Positions 1-13,985 of a DNA stretch of 64,000 nucleotides are shown here, piece after piece (within the stretch, counting starts at the first letter, position 1; every line of letters starts with the position of its first letter). The notes beneath the pieces are model-generated. The model ran no database searches. It was given only the letters and a program-made list of their open reading frames with translations, and was not told the origin of the DNA. Source of the DNA: Callorhinchus milii (lineage: Eukaryota); the NCBI RefSeq assembly GCF_018977255.1, contig NW_024704742.1, forward strand, positions 76,448,001 to 76,512,000. Reading direction: 5' to 3'. Position numbers and translations under genes: made by a program.

Positions 1-3000
1 TTAGCTATGACTGCATTGGGGAGTTTTTGATCTTTAAGTGCTTCACATGCTGGTGATGCCAAAAAATGAACAATTACTTCTGTATTTGATGGCAACTCCT
101 CAGTTTATCACTGCCAATAATAACAGCAGTCACAAGATTGAAAAACCTAAGCTTGCGATGTAAATATACATAGAGTCAGACATTGGATCATTCAAGATTT
201 TTTTTCGCCTGACAGCTACATTCCTATAGGGCAGCTATTTTTTAAACACAGATGAACTTGCTAACCTAAGAGAGAATAACCACATTACTATCTGCGATTC
301 CAGCATTGGGATGTATTGATTAAATACCTATATGTGTACCAACTAGTTAATCCTTCCCCTTACTGAAGGTCAGAATGCCACATTCATCCTCCATATTATT
401 TTCTTGGGCTGATTTTCATGTGTTTCTTCTATGGAAGTCTAAATTGTGGTTGCTTGAATCTCACCTCTACGACAGAAGGTCATGGGTTGAAGTATCATGT
501 CAGGGCTTTGAGCTCACAATCTAGGATGACAGTCCAATACATGGCTGGGTTCCTGCTCCAGATCCCTCTAAGACAGCCGGGTGAGGTGAGGTTAGGCTAA
601 GCCGTTAAACCCTCTGTGATATGGACGTATAATTGCGTAAATAAAATTAATTATTTTTATTATTTATTCCACAAATTTCCTGTGAAACTCTTTGAGATGT
701 TTCAACATTATGGGCACTGTATTAAATGAAAAGATTAATATATAACGAGTCCTATTCTGTACATAGCAGCAAAATGGGTTTTATATTAAATAAAGCAACA
801 ATATTCCCCCATCTGTGCATGTGACCTGATCTCAGTCAGGGCAGCACTCAGAATACTGCAATTGGTCTCAACACCTCTGAACTTTTGAGCGAAACAATTC
901 AGCCCGAGTTCTTATACCTGATCACAATAATAATATAATTCTTACATTTGGTACATTTCCTTTCATGTCAGGAGGATGTTCCAAAGTGCTTCACAGGATA
1001 TACTGTAAAGTGTATGTATGGTCACCATGTACACATTGCGTTTGTGTTGTCTCTTTTAAGAGCATTCTTTCAGTCCCATTTACTTGTCCTTTCCGCACAC
1101 ACCTGTAGTTGACTCTTTATTTTAGGAATTGATCTAGTTCCCTTTTAAAGGCAACATGGATTCTGCCTCAACCATCCTTTGGGTGCATGATGCGACATAA
1201 CTGTAAATGTTATTAGCTTGTATCAGCCTGGCTCGGTTGATAGCACTTTATATAATGACTCTTGGCAATGAGAAGAGTGCATCTGAATGTTGAGTGAGGA
1301 CAGAATTAGGCTTGGCTGTAATGTCCTTCCCTCATGATGTTTTTGAGTGTGTTTAGATCACCAGTTTTGATTAATTTTTTTCAAAAGTGTATTTCATGTC
1401 GAGAGGATGGCCCAAAGTGCTTTAGAGTCACTGCAAAGTGCGGTGACTGTGTGTTTTGTGATTGAACACAGCAGCCATTTTGCGAACAGCAATGTCTGAT
1501 TTGTTTTTGGTAGCCGGGTGTCTGACACATGCGGAAACCCACACAGAGCCAAGAAGTGAATTACCAATTTTATTTGGGGTATTGTTGTCTAGGATACCTG
1601 GAATAAAATGTAATTGAGGTTTGAAACCGCCTGTGGAAGTTACGCTAAATTCGAACTAATGAAACCAACAAGTGATGTTTTGTTCACCAATCTGAAAGAC
1701 ATCACATCCAATAATGCATCCCTCTCCCAAGACTGCATTGGAACAGTCAGCTAAGACACAGTTGAAATTATTGAAAGTCCTTGAACCTTCTGATTCAGAA
1801 GCGCAAGTGCTACCAACTGAGCTAGGCCCATAAATGCAGCAGGGGAGGTGTCTAAATATTTGTTTACAACATATAAGAGTCAATAATAACAAAAGTGATT
1901 TGTGTTATTTAGACAAGTCTATGTTCCCAAAACATCAATGTATGAGTTTTCAGTCACTTTGCCCCCACTCTCTGGAGTCTACCCAACTCTCCTCTTTCCC
2001 CTTTTTTAAAGCCCATCTTAGGACCCATCACCTTGACTGCACTTACAGTCATCTTTCTCTCCTCCCTACCTCATACTACTCAGATCCCCCCACTCCCATC
2101 TTGAGTGCAAGATGCTGTATAAATGTAAATTCTTGTTGTTGTTCTAGTTTGCGTCAGTCTGGCTTAGTTGGTAGCGCTCTCTCCCCTTGAGTCAGAAGCC
2201 TGTATGCAAATTGGCTGCCGCATTCCCAGAAATGCACAGCACTTCCCTGTGAAGCTTTGATATGTTTTGATCCCAAGACTCTCCTCTTCAACCACACCTT
2301 CAGTTACCCTCCTACCCCCACCCTCCCTGCCCTCCAAACCTCCTGATCCCAACCCCCAGCTCTGGTCAAATCCTTGACTGTCCAGCACCTTGGGATGCTC
2401 TCTTGAGGTGAAAGGTAATGTAATTTGTTGTGTTTTTTTGGCATTGGATATTTTTCTTGAATTGTCGATAATAAGAGGTATTAAAGTGGTGACAACTGAC
2501 CCGGATCAATATATTTAATTTGTTGTTGTAACCACCAGCCAATTCTACTTCATACTTGCTATAACTATGACATTTCTTTGATCTGTCATGTATCATGTAT
2601 GTACCGTTCTCACACTTTTAATCAGCTCCTTGGTTCTAACTGGATTTTACATTTTTTTTAAGAAGTAATTTTTTAAAATTAATACCAGTCACTGTGCTCT
2701 TGGGATTTGGACTATGTGCTTAAAAACACATATGTCACTGAGGTTGTTTTGCATACCAGACCATGATTATAAAGATCAAACAACGAATATTTTGGATACC
2801 GCCCTGGAAGTGTCACTTGTTTGTGCTCTGTGGAACAGGTTCATTAAATAAGCTCTTAAAAAGTCACAGGGAAAGCTGAGCTTTTGTAGAATAAAGGGTT
2901 TGCATCTGTCCTATACCTGAATACTTTGACATGGAAACGTGGGAGTAGGGTCGGGAGGCCACTTGATTTGGTTTTTTACTTGGAAAAATAATATTATGGA

Positions 3001-4446
3001 TTTTAACAATGCAAGACCAAAAAGACCAGCAATATTGAGGCATAGGTTTACCTTTAGCTGTACTTGGAGGGAGCGTGCTCTGATGTTATAGATATATTTG
3101 AATGAAGGTATCAGACAGAAGTATTGGCTCTTGGGTGAACATGTTGCTGTACCAATATCATATCAGTAGAAGTTCCATCACGTCAACAATGATGGATTAC
3201 AACAGATTAGCTGATAGTTCCAGGGCTGTGATCATCAACCGTGCAGAGACCCGCAGGTGCTTTGAGTGGAAGTGTCAGGTCTTTGAATTTTCTGACAGTC
3301 ATTTGTTTGTACAGATCTCGGTTTCATCTTAATCTTACCAATGCATAAGGGGACCTTGACCCCTCCAACAAGATACCTTACTGTGAAATCCAAACCAGAA
3401 AGATGTGTTTTGTCACAACAGTGATCAGTCTGAAATATTTTTTAAAAAATATGAACTGTTTGACACTGAATTTTAAATGAAATTCTATTTCATTGGCTTT
3501 ACAACTCCACCAGATGAAATTCCGATTGAAATATTGCTTGATTCATTTGGTGGTTACTGAGTAATTGAGTGTCCAAGTAACGACAAGGTTTTCAGTATGC
3601 AATTTGGCTAGGGTTGTTGTTCTAGATCAACAATAAAATGCATTTATATGGTACTCTTCACATAGGATAATGTCTCAAGAGTGTTTCACAGGAATGACGT
3701 AAGATGCAGCATTCATATTCGAGTTCTCCTTGTCCATTAGGACCTTTTTATATTTTAAAAAGTGCAATACATATGTCAGGTGCAATCCCATATGACATAT
3801 GTTCACATCCACATATTTGTAGGAAGTTTCTCACAATCTATTTCACTTGATTTAGCAACATCTTAAGGACTGGGCAGGGCAGCTGCATTACTGGTAAACC
3901 AGGGACAGCTTTAATACAGGAATATTTTAAATATTTAAAAATCCTCCCTCTTTTGAGACATACCTGTGATATATGGCTTTACATCCTAATGGACCTCAGA
4001 GTATGCACACTAACCTGTAATACTGGATTAGGAGTTTTATTTATCTCTGTATTCCATCAAGCTTTAAACTATTACCTGTCTCACACCTCCAAGATGCCTC
4101 CTTCAAGGTCTGTCTCAAAATGTTACTCCTTGACCATGCCTTTCATCATCTCCCCACCCCCTCACCCCACACAACTTGGCAACAACCCCTCCCAAATCCA
4201 ATCCCCATCTTGGGTGCAAACTTTCGACTGTTCAGCACCTTGGGATGTTCTCCCGATATGAAAGGCGCTTTATAAATGCAAATTGTTGTTGTCCTTTTAT
4301 CCCTCTTGCTATATCTCTCTCAAATACATTATTTTCTATTGGGAAGCTGAAAAGATGACCTAAATCCATTCATTTCCTGCTCTTGATCTGGTTCCCAGGA
4401 GACACACATAAGCAACTGGATGAGACACATACACTAATGTACAGGT

Positions 4447-4680
4447 GTCAGTTTGACTCAGATGGCAACACTCTCGTTTCTGAATCAGAAGGTTGTAAGT
4501 TCAAGCCCCACATCGTGACTTTGAGCTCAGTCTAGGCTGATACTCCACTACAGTGCCAGTTTGTGTGCTGCACTGTTGGAAGTGCCATCTGTCAGATGAG
4601 ATGCTAAACAGAAGTCCCATCTGCCTGTTCAGGGCACGACAAAACATAGTGCGTTTAAATTCTTCCAATATTATAACAAT
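4447..4680 (+). mobile_element. Deu-domain SINE fragment
   Basis: Homologous to 8214-8450 (tctgaatcagaaggttgtaagttcaagcccc; cagatgagatgctaaacagaagtcccatctgcctgttcagg). Confidence 0.7.
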
Positions 4681-4974
4681 AATAATCCTTGCATTTGATA
4701 TCGAGCCTTATCACGCTAGTGAAATATTTCAAAGCACTTCACAAGATACACTGTAAAATGGATTGTCTGTGTATTATGTAGGTAGAATGAAGGTTGAGAA
4801 GAAGGTTTAACTCAAGAAGACTCCAAGGGGATTGAAGTCGATTGACAGGAAATGCTAAGCATATACAGAGGAACATTATTAGAACATGGTGTACTGGTTG
4901 AATAGCTTGCAGGCTGTGTTATAAACGAATCATCACTTCTGGGTCATCAGATGTCAGAGGTTCCGTGGAAGTTT

Positions 4975-5700
4975 TGTTTAGCAGCTGGGTGTCTGACATA
5001 TGTGGAAACCCATCACCATACTTAAAAGTATCTAAACCATACTGAGAATTCAATGCATCCTACCAACATATGGAAATTTCAGAGATACACTGTTGGAATG
5101 GAACGCGCATTCTCTCCCTGGAGGCATCTTGCTTACCTAATTCCAGAAAGCTTTAGGCGCAGATTGGCAAGAGACAAGACTTGGGGACCCTAGAGTGTGC
5201 ATTTGGGGTACTGCTGAGGTCTAATCAGATAAAAACATAGAGCTTCCCACTGATATCACTGTCTGGCAAGCTTTCCTGCTGCTTGTCCAGTTAGGATCAC
5301 GCTACCCGTTAGGGATTTAACTTACAGTGTTAACAGTAGCTGAGTGGGAATTCCCTGTCCCTAGTCACTGGTTGGCCCTTTAAAGTCCTGCCAATGAGCC
5401 AGGCTGGCTGCGCTGTCATCAGCAGTGCCCTGGAATACTGCGGACCCGTCTGGCTCAGAATCCGGACTAGTGAGACCTCCAGAGGGAGCACTCAATTCTA
5501 ACATTCTGTTGCCACCATGTCACTTTGAACACAGTTCAACTCCAAGGAGACCCCACTTACTTTGTCCTCAAGGAGTATAGTCACTTGTTAGCAATTTGAC
5601 ATCCGACAAGCGCAAGTTTGAGCCCGCACTGGGTGGATGGCACCATCATCCTGTTCAAACTTGGACACGCGTCCGTTCCTAATCTGGGAGTCAGCCATTT
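4975..5700. repeat. Unclassified dispersed repeat, inverted relative to 9205-9950
   Basis: The reverse complement is collinear with 9205-9950. Confidence 0.8.
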
Positions 5701-6745
5701 GTTAATGTGGGAAACAAGCAAGTGAGTGCTGGAATCTGGGGCTGCCGTGATGCTAGATATGCCAATGTATAGATGCCCGGTGATTACACGATCGGTGTCC
5801 AGTGCAATGTGTCACACAGTCAAATAGCTCTCCGACACTCACTGTCAAGGTTCACACGAAAACAAAGACCATGTGGTGATGTAGCAGAGGTGATGGGTTG
5901 ATGTTGGACTGTATCCCAGTAGAAGTAGAAAAATAAATGGAGGAAAGAAAAAAAAGTTATCTCCTTGTTCCTCGCACTGTGCCCAGAACCTTTTCCTCCA
6001 CATTATTATCTATGATGTCTACGACCCGTATTGCAGGAGCAAAGACAAAAACAAAAACAGTAACAGAGTTCCTTTCCACTTATGCAATATAATCTTACTG
6101 TCGTCATCTTTGGAGTAAATGTAAACAATTTATTCCGTATCCCTTGACAGCAGACATTTTAATTACAGAATAACATAACAGGTAATCAAATGGGGATGTG
6201 CCAACTCACATCCGAACAAGATCAAGAGAGTGACTCACATGAGAAGGGGAATCACAGATTCTTACATTAGGTGAAGTGGGGTTGTGGTTGAGAACTGGAG
6301 GATGTCACTTTGTGATTCTGTAAATCTATAGTTTGATTCCGGTGTTAAGGAAAGATATGGTCAAAAGTGACTGCAGGTAAATCGGACACAAATTAAGTCA
6401 TTTCTATCAGTGCCTGGCAGCTGGCCCATATTCACAATTTCACATAAGGTATGTTGAATCTGCATCTCCTATATTCACTGAGGAATACTGGACATTACTT
6501 TTTGGTTTATTTGCTCAATAACTGCATTGAAGGAATGTTATATCATAAGCCTAGAAAAAGGCTATTGTTCTCGATGGCGTCACAGATAACAGAATTAAAT
6601 TTTTAAAATTTAAATCACTGACAATATAAATTGCTTACAATTCCTTGTAAAGTGGATGACTCCCTGAGTGAACCGCTATCTTTCCCAGATGTCTTATGTG
6701 AGATATAGGTGTGGGATGTCTCTCAGCTCCTGGATCTCTGCTGAT

Positions 6746-8135
6746 AACAACAATAACAACAAGATTACATTTGTATAGCACCTTTCATGTCGGGAGATCG
6801 TCCCAAGGCACTGGACAGTGTATAGCATTTCAGACCCGAGCTGGGGTCAGGGAGGGAGAAGGGAGGGGAGGGGAAGGGGGGTGACCGATGGCATGGTCGA
6901 AGAGGAGAGTCTTCAGGTGGAACTTGAAGAAGGCTAAGGAGGGGGTGAGGCGGAGTGATTGGGGGATGGAATTCCAGAGGTTGGGGGCAGAGTGGCTGAA
7001 GGCTCTCCCGCCAGTGGTGGGGCGGGTGGGTCGGGGGACGTGGAGCAGGCCAGAGCCGGCTGAGCTGAGGGAGTGGGTGGGTTGGTAGGTCACAGAGGTA
7101 GGGTGGGGCGAGACCATTGAGGGCTGTGTAGGTGAGGACCAGGATTTTGAACTAGATCATCTGAAGGATGGAAGCCAAAGTTAGGTGAGAATGGGGGAGA
7201 TGGGATCATGGAGTTTGGTGCGGGAGAGGACATGGGCTGCAGAGTTCTTGGTTATCTGCAGCCTGTGGAGGGAGGAGTTGGGAAGGCCGACAAGAGGGGT
7301 GAGGTGCAGAGGCCTCAATCAGAAGAGCCTCAGTCTTGTTCACATTCAAACATAGGAAATTTGCCCTCATCTGGGACTTGATGTCCGACAGGCAGTCTGA
7401 GGGTGGAGGCAGAAAGATAGAGTTGGGTATCATCCGCATACATGTGGAAGTTAACCCCATGACCCCATGACTGCGGATGATGTCACCAAGGGGGAGCATG
7501 TAGATATTAAAGAAAGGGCCAAGGACAGAGCCCTGTGGGACGCCAGACATGACAGTGCGGGGGCTGGAAGAGAAACCGTTAGAGGAAACAAAGTGGAAAC
7601 GGTGAGAGAGATAGGAATCAAACCAGGCAAGGGCAGGTCTGCAAAGATTAAGTAAAGAAGAGAGGCAGTGTATGAGGATGGAGTGGTCAACAGTGTCGAA
7701 GGCGGCACAGAGGTCGAGGAGGACAAAGAGGCAGAGGGAGCCCTGATCACAGATGTTCAGAATGTCATTAGTGACTTTGACCAGGGCTGTTTCCGTGCTG
7801 TGGGCAGCGCGAAAGCCGGATTGGAGGGGTTCAAAGAGGAAATGGCTAGTAAGAAAGGAGCGGAACTGGGACGCGATGACTCATTCCAGGACCTTGGAGA
7901 GGAATGGGAGGTTAGAGATGGGGCGGTAGCTGGAGAGTAGGGATGGGTCCAGGGAAGAGTTTTTCAGGACGGGGGTGATGACGGCTGTTTTTAGGGGGGT
8001 GGGAACTGAACCGGTGGACAAGGAGAGGTTGATGATGTGATGGGTCATGAGGGAGAGGTGATGTGGGGTTGGCGGTGGACGTGGCAGAGGTGGCTGAATG
8101 TATCCCCTCGATTTTGTATAAACTACTCTTCAGGA
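6746..8135 (-). mobile_element. L2 LINE fragment (RT and 3' end, internally deleted)
   Basis: [35 protein letters not shown]; (TTG)n-like tail. Confidence 0.9.
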
Positions 8136-8213
8136 TCAATCATTGATTTCTAAATGTTCAAGTCTACTAGACTTTGAGGACAAAATCATGGTCCATCAGC
8201 AGTGAAAATTGGG

Positions 8214-8620
8214 TCAGCCTGGCTCAGTTGGAAGCACTCTCAACTCTGAGTTAGAAGGTTGTGGGTTCAATTCCCACGTCGGGATCTGGAACCCAAATAG
8301 TCTTACTTGACACTCCAATGCAGTGTGGGGTGAGGGGTGGGAGGATGCTACATTGTCAGGGGTGGCATTCTTCAGATTAGATGTTTAAACTGAGATCTAG
8401 TCTGCCTGACCAGGTAGGCGTTAAAGATCCTATGCACTATGAAAAGAGAAGGGTTGTTTATGGCTGTTTGTGGGACATTGCTGTTCGTATATTGGTGGCT
8501 GCATTTGCCTACAACAAAGACAGTCACACCCACCATTCTGCAGTATATTCTGTCCTCTTTGAGAGGTCTTGATGATGTGATAAGGTGCTATATCAAATAC
8601 AAGTTTAATTATTTATTATT
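8214..8620 (+). mobile_element. Deu-domain SINE (SacSINE1/AmnSINE1-like), diverged
   Basis: tRNA-like head (ggctcagttgg...ggttcaattccc), Deu-like core (ttcagattagatgtttaaactgag...gttaaagatcctatgcactat) and L2-like tail. Family name recognised from memory. Confidence 0.7.
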
Positions 8621-9204
8621 TAACTCTCTTTCCCTACAAATGTATACCATTCAGATGTCTTAACATTTACATAACCCAAGAAATAAGGAACTGGCATTTT
8701 TGTAGTACCTTAACATAGACAATATCTCCAAGTATTTGAAATAAGTTACTGTTACGTGTAGGTAAATGTGGCAGTCAATTCGTGCCTGCAAAATTCTACA
8801 AACAGCCATGAGGTGGATAATCACCTCCCTTGTCTTTTCAAGTAGTGTCATGTGGAACAGGAAATAACATTATTGGATATAGTACATAGGTAGTTTGCGA
8901 CATATGTGCAAGTGCCTTCCACCAGGAAGGCGATTTAGATGGACATTGTTTTTTTTTGTCTGGCATTTCTTATGTCATGGAATCTGTGAACCTCGCCCTG
9001 TGCACAGATGCAGGCAGGAAAACAGCAGCCTTCATTGAATCAATCAGGTTGGTTTCTCTGGTTCATATAAAGTGACCATCTTGAAAGCCATCTTAGAAAA
9101 GAGTTGCTATGAGGCTGGTTTGATGAATAACAATCTTACCTTGACATTTATTCTAATTCTAGTTTTGTTTCCTTTTTGTTTTATTAATCTCAGTGCCGTT
9201 TCTA

Positions 9205-9950
9205 CAATGGGTAGGGAAGAATGAACAAACTGTGGGCAGGAAGATGGTGGAAATGCTCTCACTCATTTCATGCTGAACTGTGTTGCTCACTAGCAAGTTC
9301 TCAGGGTTTACCTGGCACTCACCATCCGCCTAGTGAGGGCTCAGCCTATACTTGTCAGATGTCAATGACCAATTTAGTGACTATCCCCTTGGGGATGGAG
9401 GTAAACAGGGTCTCCTTGGAACTGAACTGGCTCCAGGGTGACATGTGTGGTAACGTAATGTTGGAATCGAGCCAGCCCTCTGTGGCTATCTCGGTAGTCT
9501 GGTTCCTGAGTCAAGTGGAGTTGTAGTATTCCAGGACACTGATAGATCATCAAGCCTGGCTCATTGACAGGAATTAGAGGGGCAGACAGGTGAGTGCAGA
9601 GATTCTGCTATTGACCCTGTAAGCCAAAGTCCTAACGAATAGGGTGGTCCTAGTTGGACAAGCAGTGGGAAAGCTTGCCATACTGTGCTTTCAAAGGCAA
9701 GCTATGTGGTTTTATCTGGTTAAACTCCAGGAGTACCCTAATGTACACTCTGAGGTCTCTGAGCTTTGGCTCTTGTCAGCTTGTGTCTAATATTCTCCTT
9801 CAGTGAGAGAGTGCTCATTCCATTCCAGACAAGAATTTCCATGTGTAGGTGACGGATATGGAACTCTCAGTCTGGCTGGAATACTCTTAAGCACGATGAT
9901 GGGTTTCCTCAGTGTCAGACACCATCAAGCTGACCGTAAAGAACCTGCTG
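9205..9950. repeat. Unclassified ~750-bp dispersed repeat, reference copy
   Basis: Shares blocks such as ctccttggaactgaactggctcca, cctagttggacaagcag, gcaagctatg and gatgggtttcc..gtgtcagacacc with 4975-5700, 16860-17020, 24690-24770 plus 28160-28425, 54375-54890 and 63705-64000. Confidence 0.8.
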
Positions 9951-11904
9951 CTTCTCCTTCCTGCTGTATGACCTGCATTTCCCTAGTTCTGACACCCTTC
10001 CGAACAACTCGTAAAATGACACTCATTTACCACTGTAAGCAAATTATAAGCTGAAAGGTCAGTGTATCAGTTTCTTTGTTGGAAATAAGGCTACAGGCAA
10101 ATGGGTTGACTTGAGCAGACATAGTAGCTATGAATCAGACCCCTGCCTGAGATATTCTGTGCAATATTTACAACCTAGTCATAAGAAGGAAGTCATTGTA
10201 TGTGAGCAGGCACAGAGGTGAGCAACAGAGATAAATCTCAGTGTTGAGATCTGATTTATGGGAAAGTTTTGCTTGTTCTCGTGGGAAAAAGAGGAGACTA
10301 CAATATGACATAATTGATATTTTTAAGATTTATGAAAGAAACTTACGAATGTATGTAGGCAAAGTGTTCCTCAGGCATTTAAATACCAGGGGATACAAGT
10401 TAGACTGAATAAGCACTAAGAAAGGAAATCAGGCAGTGTTTCATCATCACAGAAACCAGACAAGGGATTGAAAGATATGATGAGGTAGGTACAGATATGA
10501 TAAGAGATGGGCTGTTCTTGAAAAGTTCTCATTGCTTTAACTGAAAATACTGCATAACTTGTCACAAAGAGAGAGAAACAGGAAAGTATCAAAGCTGATG
10601 CAAGGAACACAGCTAAATGAGAAAAAGAAAATAAACAGCAGAGAGAGAATCTGAGAAGAGACAGTGTTTGTTTAAAGAGAGCCTATTTCTTGCAATTGAC
10701 TTTGAAACTATGTTTCATTTCTCTCATTTTACATCTTTTTCTTAATCCTTTACATCATATGTCCTGGCCAACAATCCCCCAAATAAAATTAGTCACTCAC
10801 TTCATGGTGGTTTGTGCTGCCACATTTGCCCACAAAACACATAGCCATTGCACTTTACAGTATGTCCTGTGAAATGCTTTAGGACATCCTTCCAACGTGA
10901 AAGGCGCTATACCAAATTATTATACTGTATTTGGATTATGTCCATGTTGTAGAGATGTTGATATTTTTGCCTCCTAAGTACAAGTTTGCAAGATTGTGGA
11001 AATTGTACCTATGAGAAAGCAATGCATGCTGTACAGGCTTGAGAGGAGCGATACTGGGGGCACCTGAAAGGGCTTGTCCCCTTTTTAATATAAGCAGATT
11101 TCCGAGAACAATTGAACTCCAGAACTCAAAGGCCAAACTAGACTAATACACAACATCGTGACATGTAGTGATGTGTTTCCGCATGTGTCAGACATTTAGC
11201 TAACCAAACATAATTATCTTTTCAAGTGGACTCTGTGACTATTCAGAAAGAGAAGAGTGTTTCTCCCTGTATCTTGGCCAACATTCCTCCAGATTTAATG
11301 ATCATCCAACTCATGTTTGTTTGTCATCTTGCTGGCACATCATTGAAGGCTCATTGTGTGCATACTTCTCTCCTGTGACCCATATTTTTGAAGCAGAGGA
11401 GAGAACAAAATGAAAGCTCAGTCTACTTTCTTTTCCATTACAGTAGTTTAGTGTGTAGGAAAAATAAATAAGACCATATGAGTTTGGATCCTGAGCTGAT
11501 TGCTGGACGTGCTTGCATTACTTCCCCATTATATTCACTGTGGAGACTGAAAAAAACCTTCTGTTGGGACAATGGGATTTTGTTTCATAACAGTTCGATC
11601 ATAATTTCCAATTACGATAACATAAAATTTAACCTAAGATACATCATTGGAAGAGGGCACTTTATGCAATGATGGGAGAAAATAGGGACTTTTTTCCCAT
11701 CATTGTGTAGGGACTCTTACTCAATAAGGAAGAAATTATCTTGGCCTACATTACCAATTTTGCAACTAAACCTCAGTAAAATGCCAATACCACTTAGCTG
11801 ACAGGGAGGCCTCAAATTTCTCTTTCTCAACTTAGGAAACTTTATGATTTTCCAAGTTTACAGATTTCATCAGGTCTCTAAAAGCTAATGTTTTTTTTTG
11901 AGTT

Positions 11905-12488
11905 TTATATATAGGGGCATAGATTAAACAAGTAAAACAAAAAACATGATTGGTTACAACACAACTGGAGTACCATGTTCTATTTTGGACACCTCACTTC
12001 AGGAACTATGTAAAGACCCTGGAGGGGTGCAGAGGAAATTTATGAGATTGATACCAGGAATGAAAGACTATAATTATGAGGAGAGACTGGAGAACGTGGA
12101 TCTGTTTTCATTGTAGCTGAGAAGGATAAGAGGGGGAACTGAGTGAGGTATATAAGATTCTAAGGGGTTTAGACAAGGTAAATGGGGAGAAACTATTTCC
12201 ACTGGTAGGGGAGTCAGTAATTAGAGGACATATGTATAAGAAGAGCAAAAGGAGAGTTTAGGAGAATTTTATAACACATGGAGTTGGGCTATTTAATGCC
12301 CTGCCAAGTAAATGGTACAGCAGAGTCCATTTTAGGTTTCAGGAGGGGAGTAGATAGATTTATGAAAGATAAACGGTTCAGGGATATGGGAATACTACAG
12401 AGCAGTGGGTTTGAATGGACAGCTTGCTCTGAGATGCAGACACGATGAGCCAAATGGCCTTTCTCTTTGCCGTAAATTTCTATGATTT
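11905..12488 (+). mobile_element. CR1 LINE 3' fragment
   Basis: LEY..FW.P and YEERL..L.LFSL-type remnants; 3' end aatggcct...ttctatgatt. Confidence 0.85.
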
Positions 12489-12559
12489 TTGCACACATGA
12501 ATGTGCCATAAAAAGCTATGAATGGAATTAACATTTTTTTGGGGGGATAGTTGACCTAG

Positions 12560-12775
12560 TCATTTTGAATAGTGCCATGGGATCATTAACATCCACCTGA
12601 ACAGGCAGAAGCAACCTCATCTAAAGGATGGCATTTCCAACAATGAAGCACACCCCCAGCACTGCATTGGCATCTCATCTTAGATTATATGAGTTCCAAG
12701 GTCCGATGTGGGGCTTGGAACCAGAACCTTCAGATTTAGCTGTGAGTGTTGCCAACTGAGACAGCGGCTGAATTG
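12560..12775 (-). mobile_element. Deu-domain SINE fragment
   Basis: Reverse complement of the Deu core (aatagtgccatgggatcattaacatccacctgaacaggcaga) and of the head. Related pieces lie near 37120-37230 and 61170-61380. Confidence 0.7.
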
Positions 12776-13249
12776 TACTTCACACATGTACTTCACACAG
12801 CGCTGTGGGTGAGGTGGAAACCTGATTGAAGTGGCTTGAAAAGGAAATGGTAGGAGAGGACCACAAAACTTGTTATATGTGTGCTTTGTATACTGATTGT
12901 TATGCGTCATATGACAAGAGACATTAACGGTTGATTTAACAACAGGTGATTGTGTACAAGCTGTTGAATAACGAGCGAATGCATGTGAGTTATGCACTTA
13001 TTGTGGCCATGTTGAAATGTGTTGGTTATTGTTGATAAATGTTTCTCTATTACTAATTGCATCTCAACCAATCTCTTTTATTCACTCAATAATTATTCTC
13101 TTCTTTCATGCTCCCAGGGTCTGTACATTCAATTCCAATCCTACATTGGTACAAGTTGAACATTTCCCACAGTCGATTACGAAAGTAGAATGAGTAACAC
13201 AAAGCAGTGCTGTTACTAACTGCTCAACCCCAGTCTCCAGCACTCTTCA

Positions 13250-13985
13250 AACATACCTTGTGCTTTCCACCAATTCTATATCCAGGACTGAATACTTGCC
13301 CATCAGATCTCACCATTCCACCATCGGTGATCGTGCTTTCAGCTACTAGGCCCCAAAACTCTGGAACCCTCTCCCTCAATTCCTCTGCCTTGCCTCCTCC
13401 TTCTCCACCTTGAGGTTGCCCCTGAAGACCTTCCTCTTTGACTATGCTACGATCATCCCCCACCGGCTCGGAGTCATGCTCCACCATTGTCAAGTGCTCT
13501 GGGACGCTACCCTGCATGAGGGGCACTATATAAATGCAAGTTCTTGTTGTTGTTATCTATGTGAATAATATATCTAAGCTTTGTTCCCCAGGATTTAGTA
13601 AAATTGATGGATTACAAGTTCCTCACTCTCACTTTCAAATCACTTTACAACCTGACACATCCCGACCTCTCCAATCTGCTCACACCCACTCCAATACCCG
13701 CAGCCTTTGCTCAGCTGCCAAGGTTCTTCTGCAGGTCTCTCGACCCCTCCCCCGCCTCGCTCCACCAATGGCAGCCATCTTTTCGACCACTATGCTCCGA
13801 ATCTCTGGAACTCCCTATCTCAATCCTTCTGTCGTGCACCCTCTCTGCCCACCTTCAAATCACACCTGAAGACTTTCCACTTTGACCATGCCTTCAGTCA
13901 TCTCCCCTCTCTTTCCAATGTGGCTTTAAGTGCTCAGAGATTCTACTAGCATGAAGGGAGCTATATAAATCCAAGTTGTTGTTTG
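13250..13985 (+). mobile_element. Two adjacent L2 3'-end fragments
   Basis: LWNSL/FKSHLKT motifs; tails tataaatgcaagttcttgttgttg near 13550 and tataaatccaagttgttg near 13980. Confidence 0.8.
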
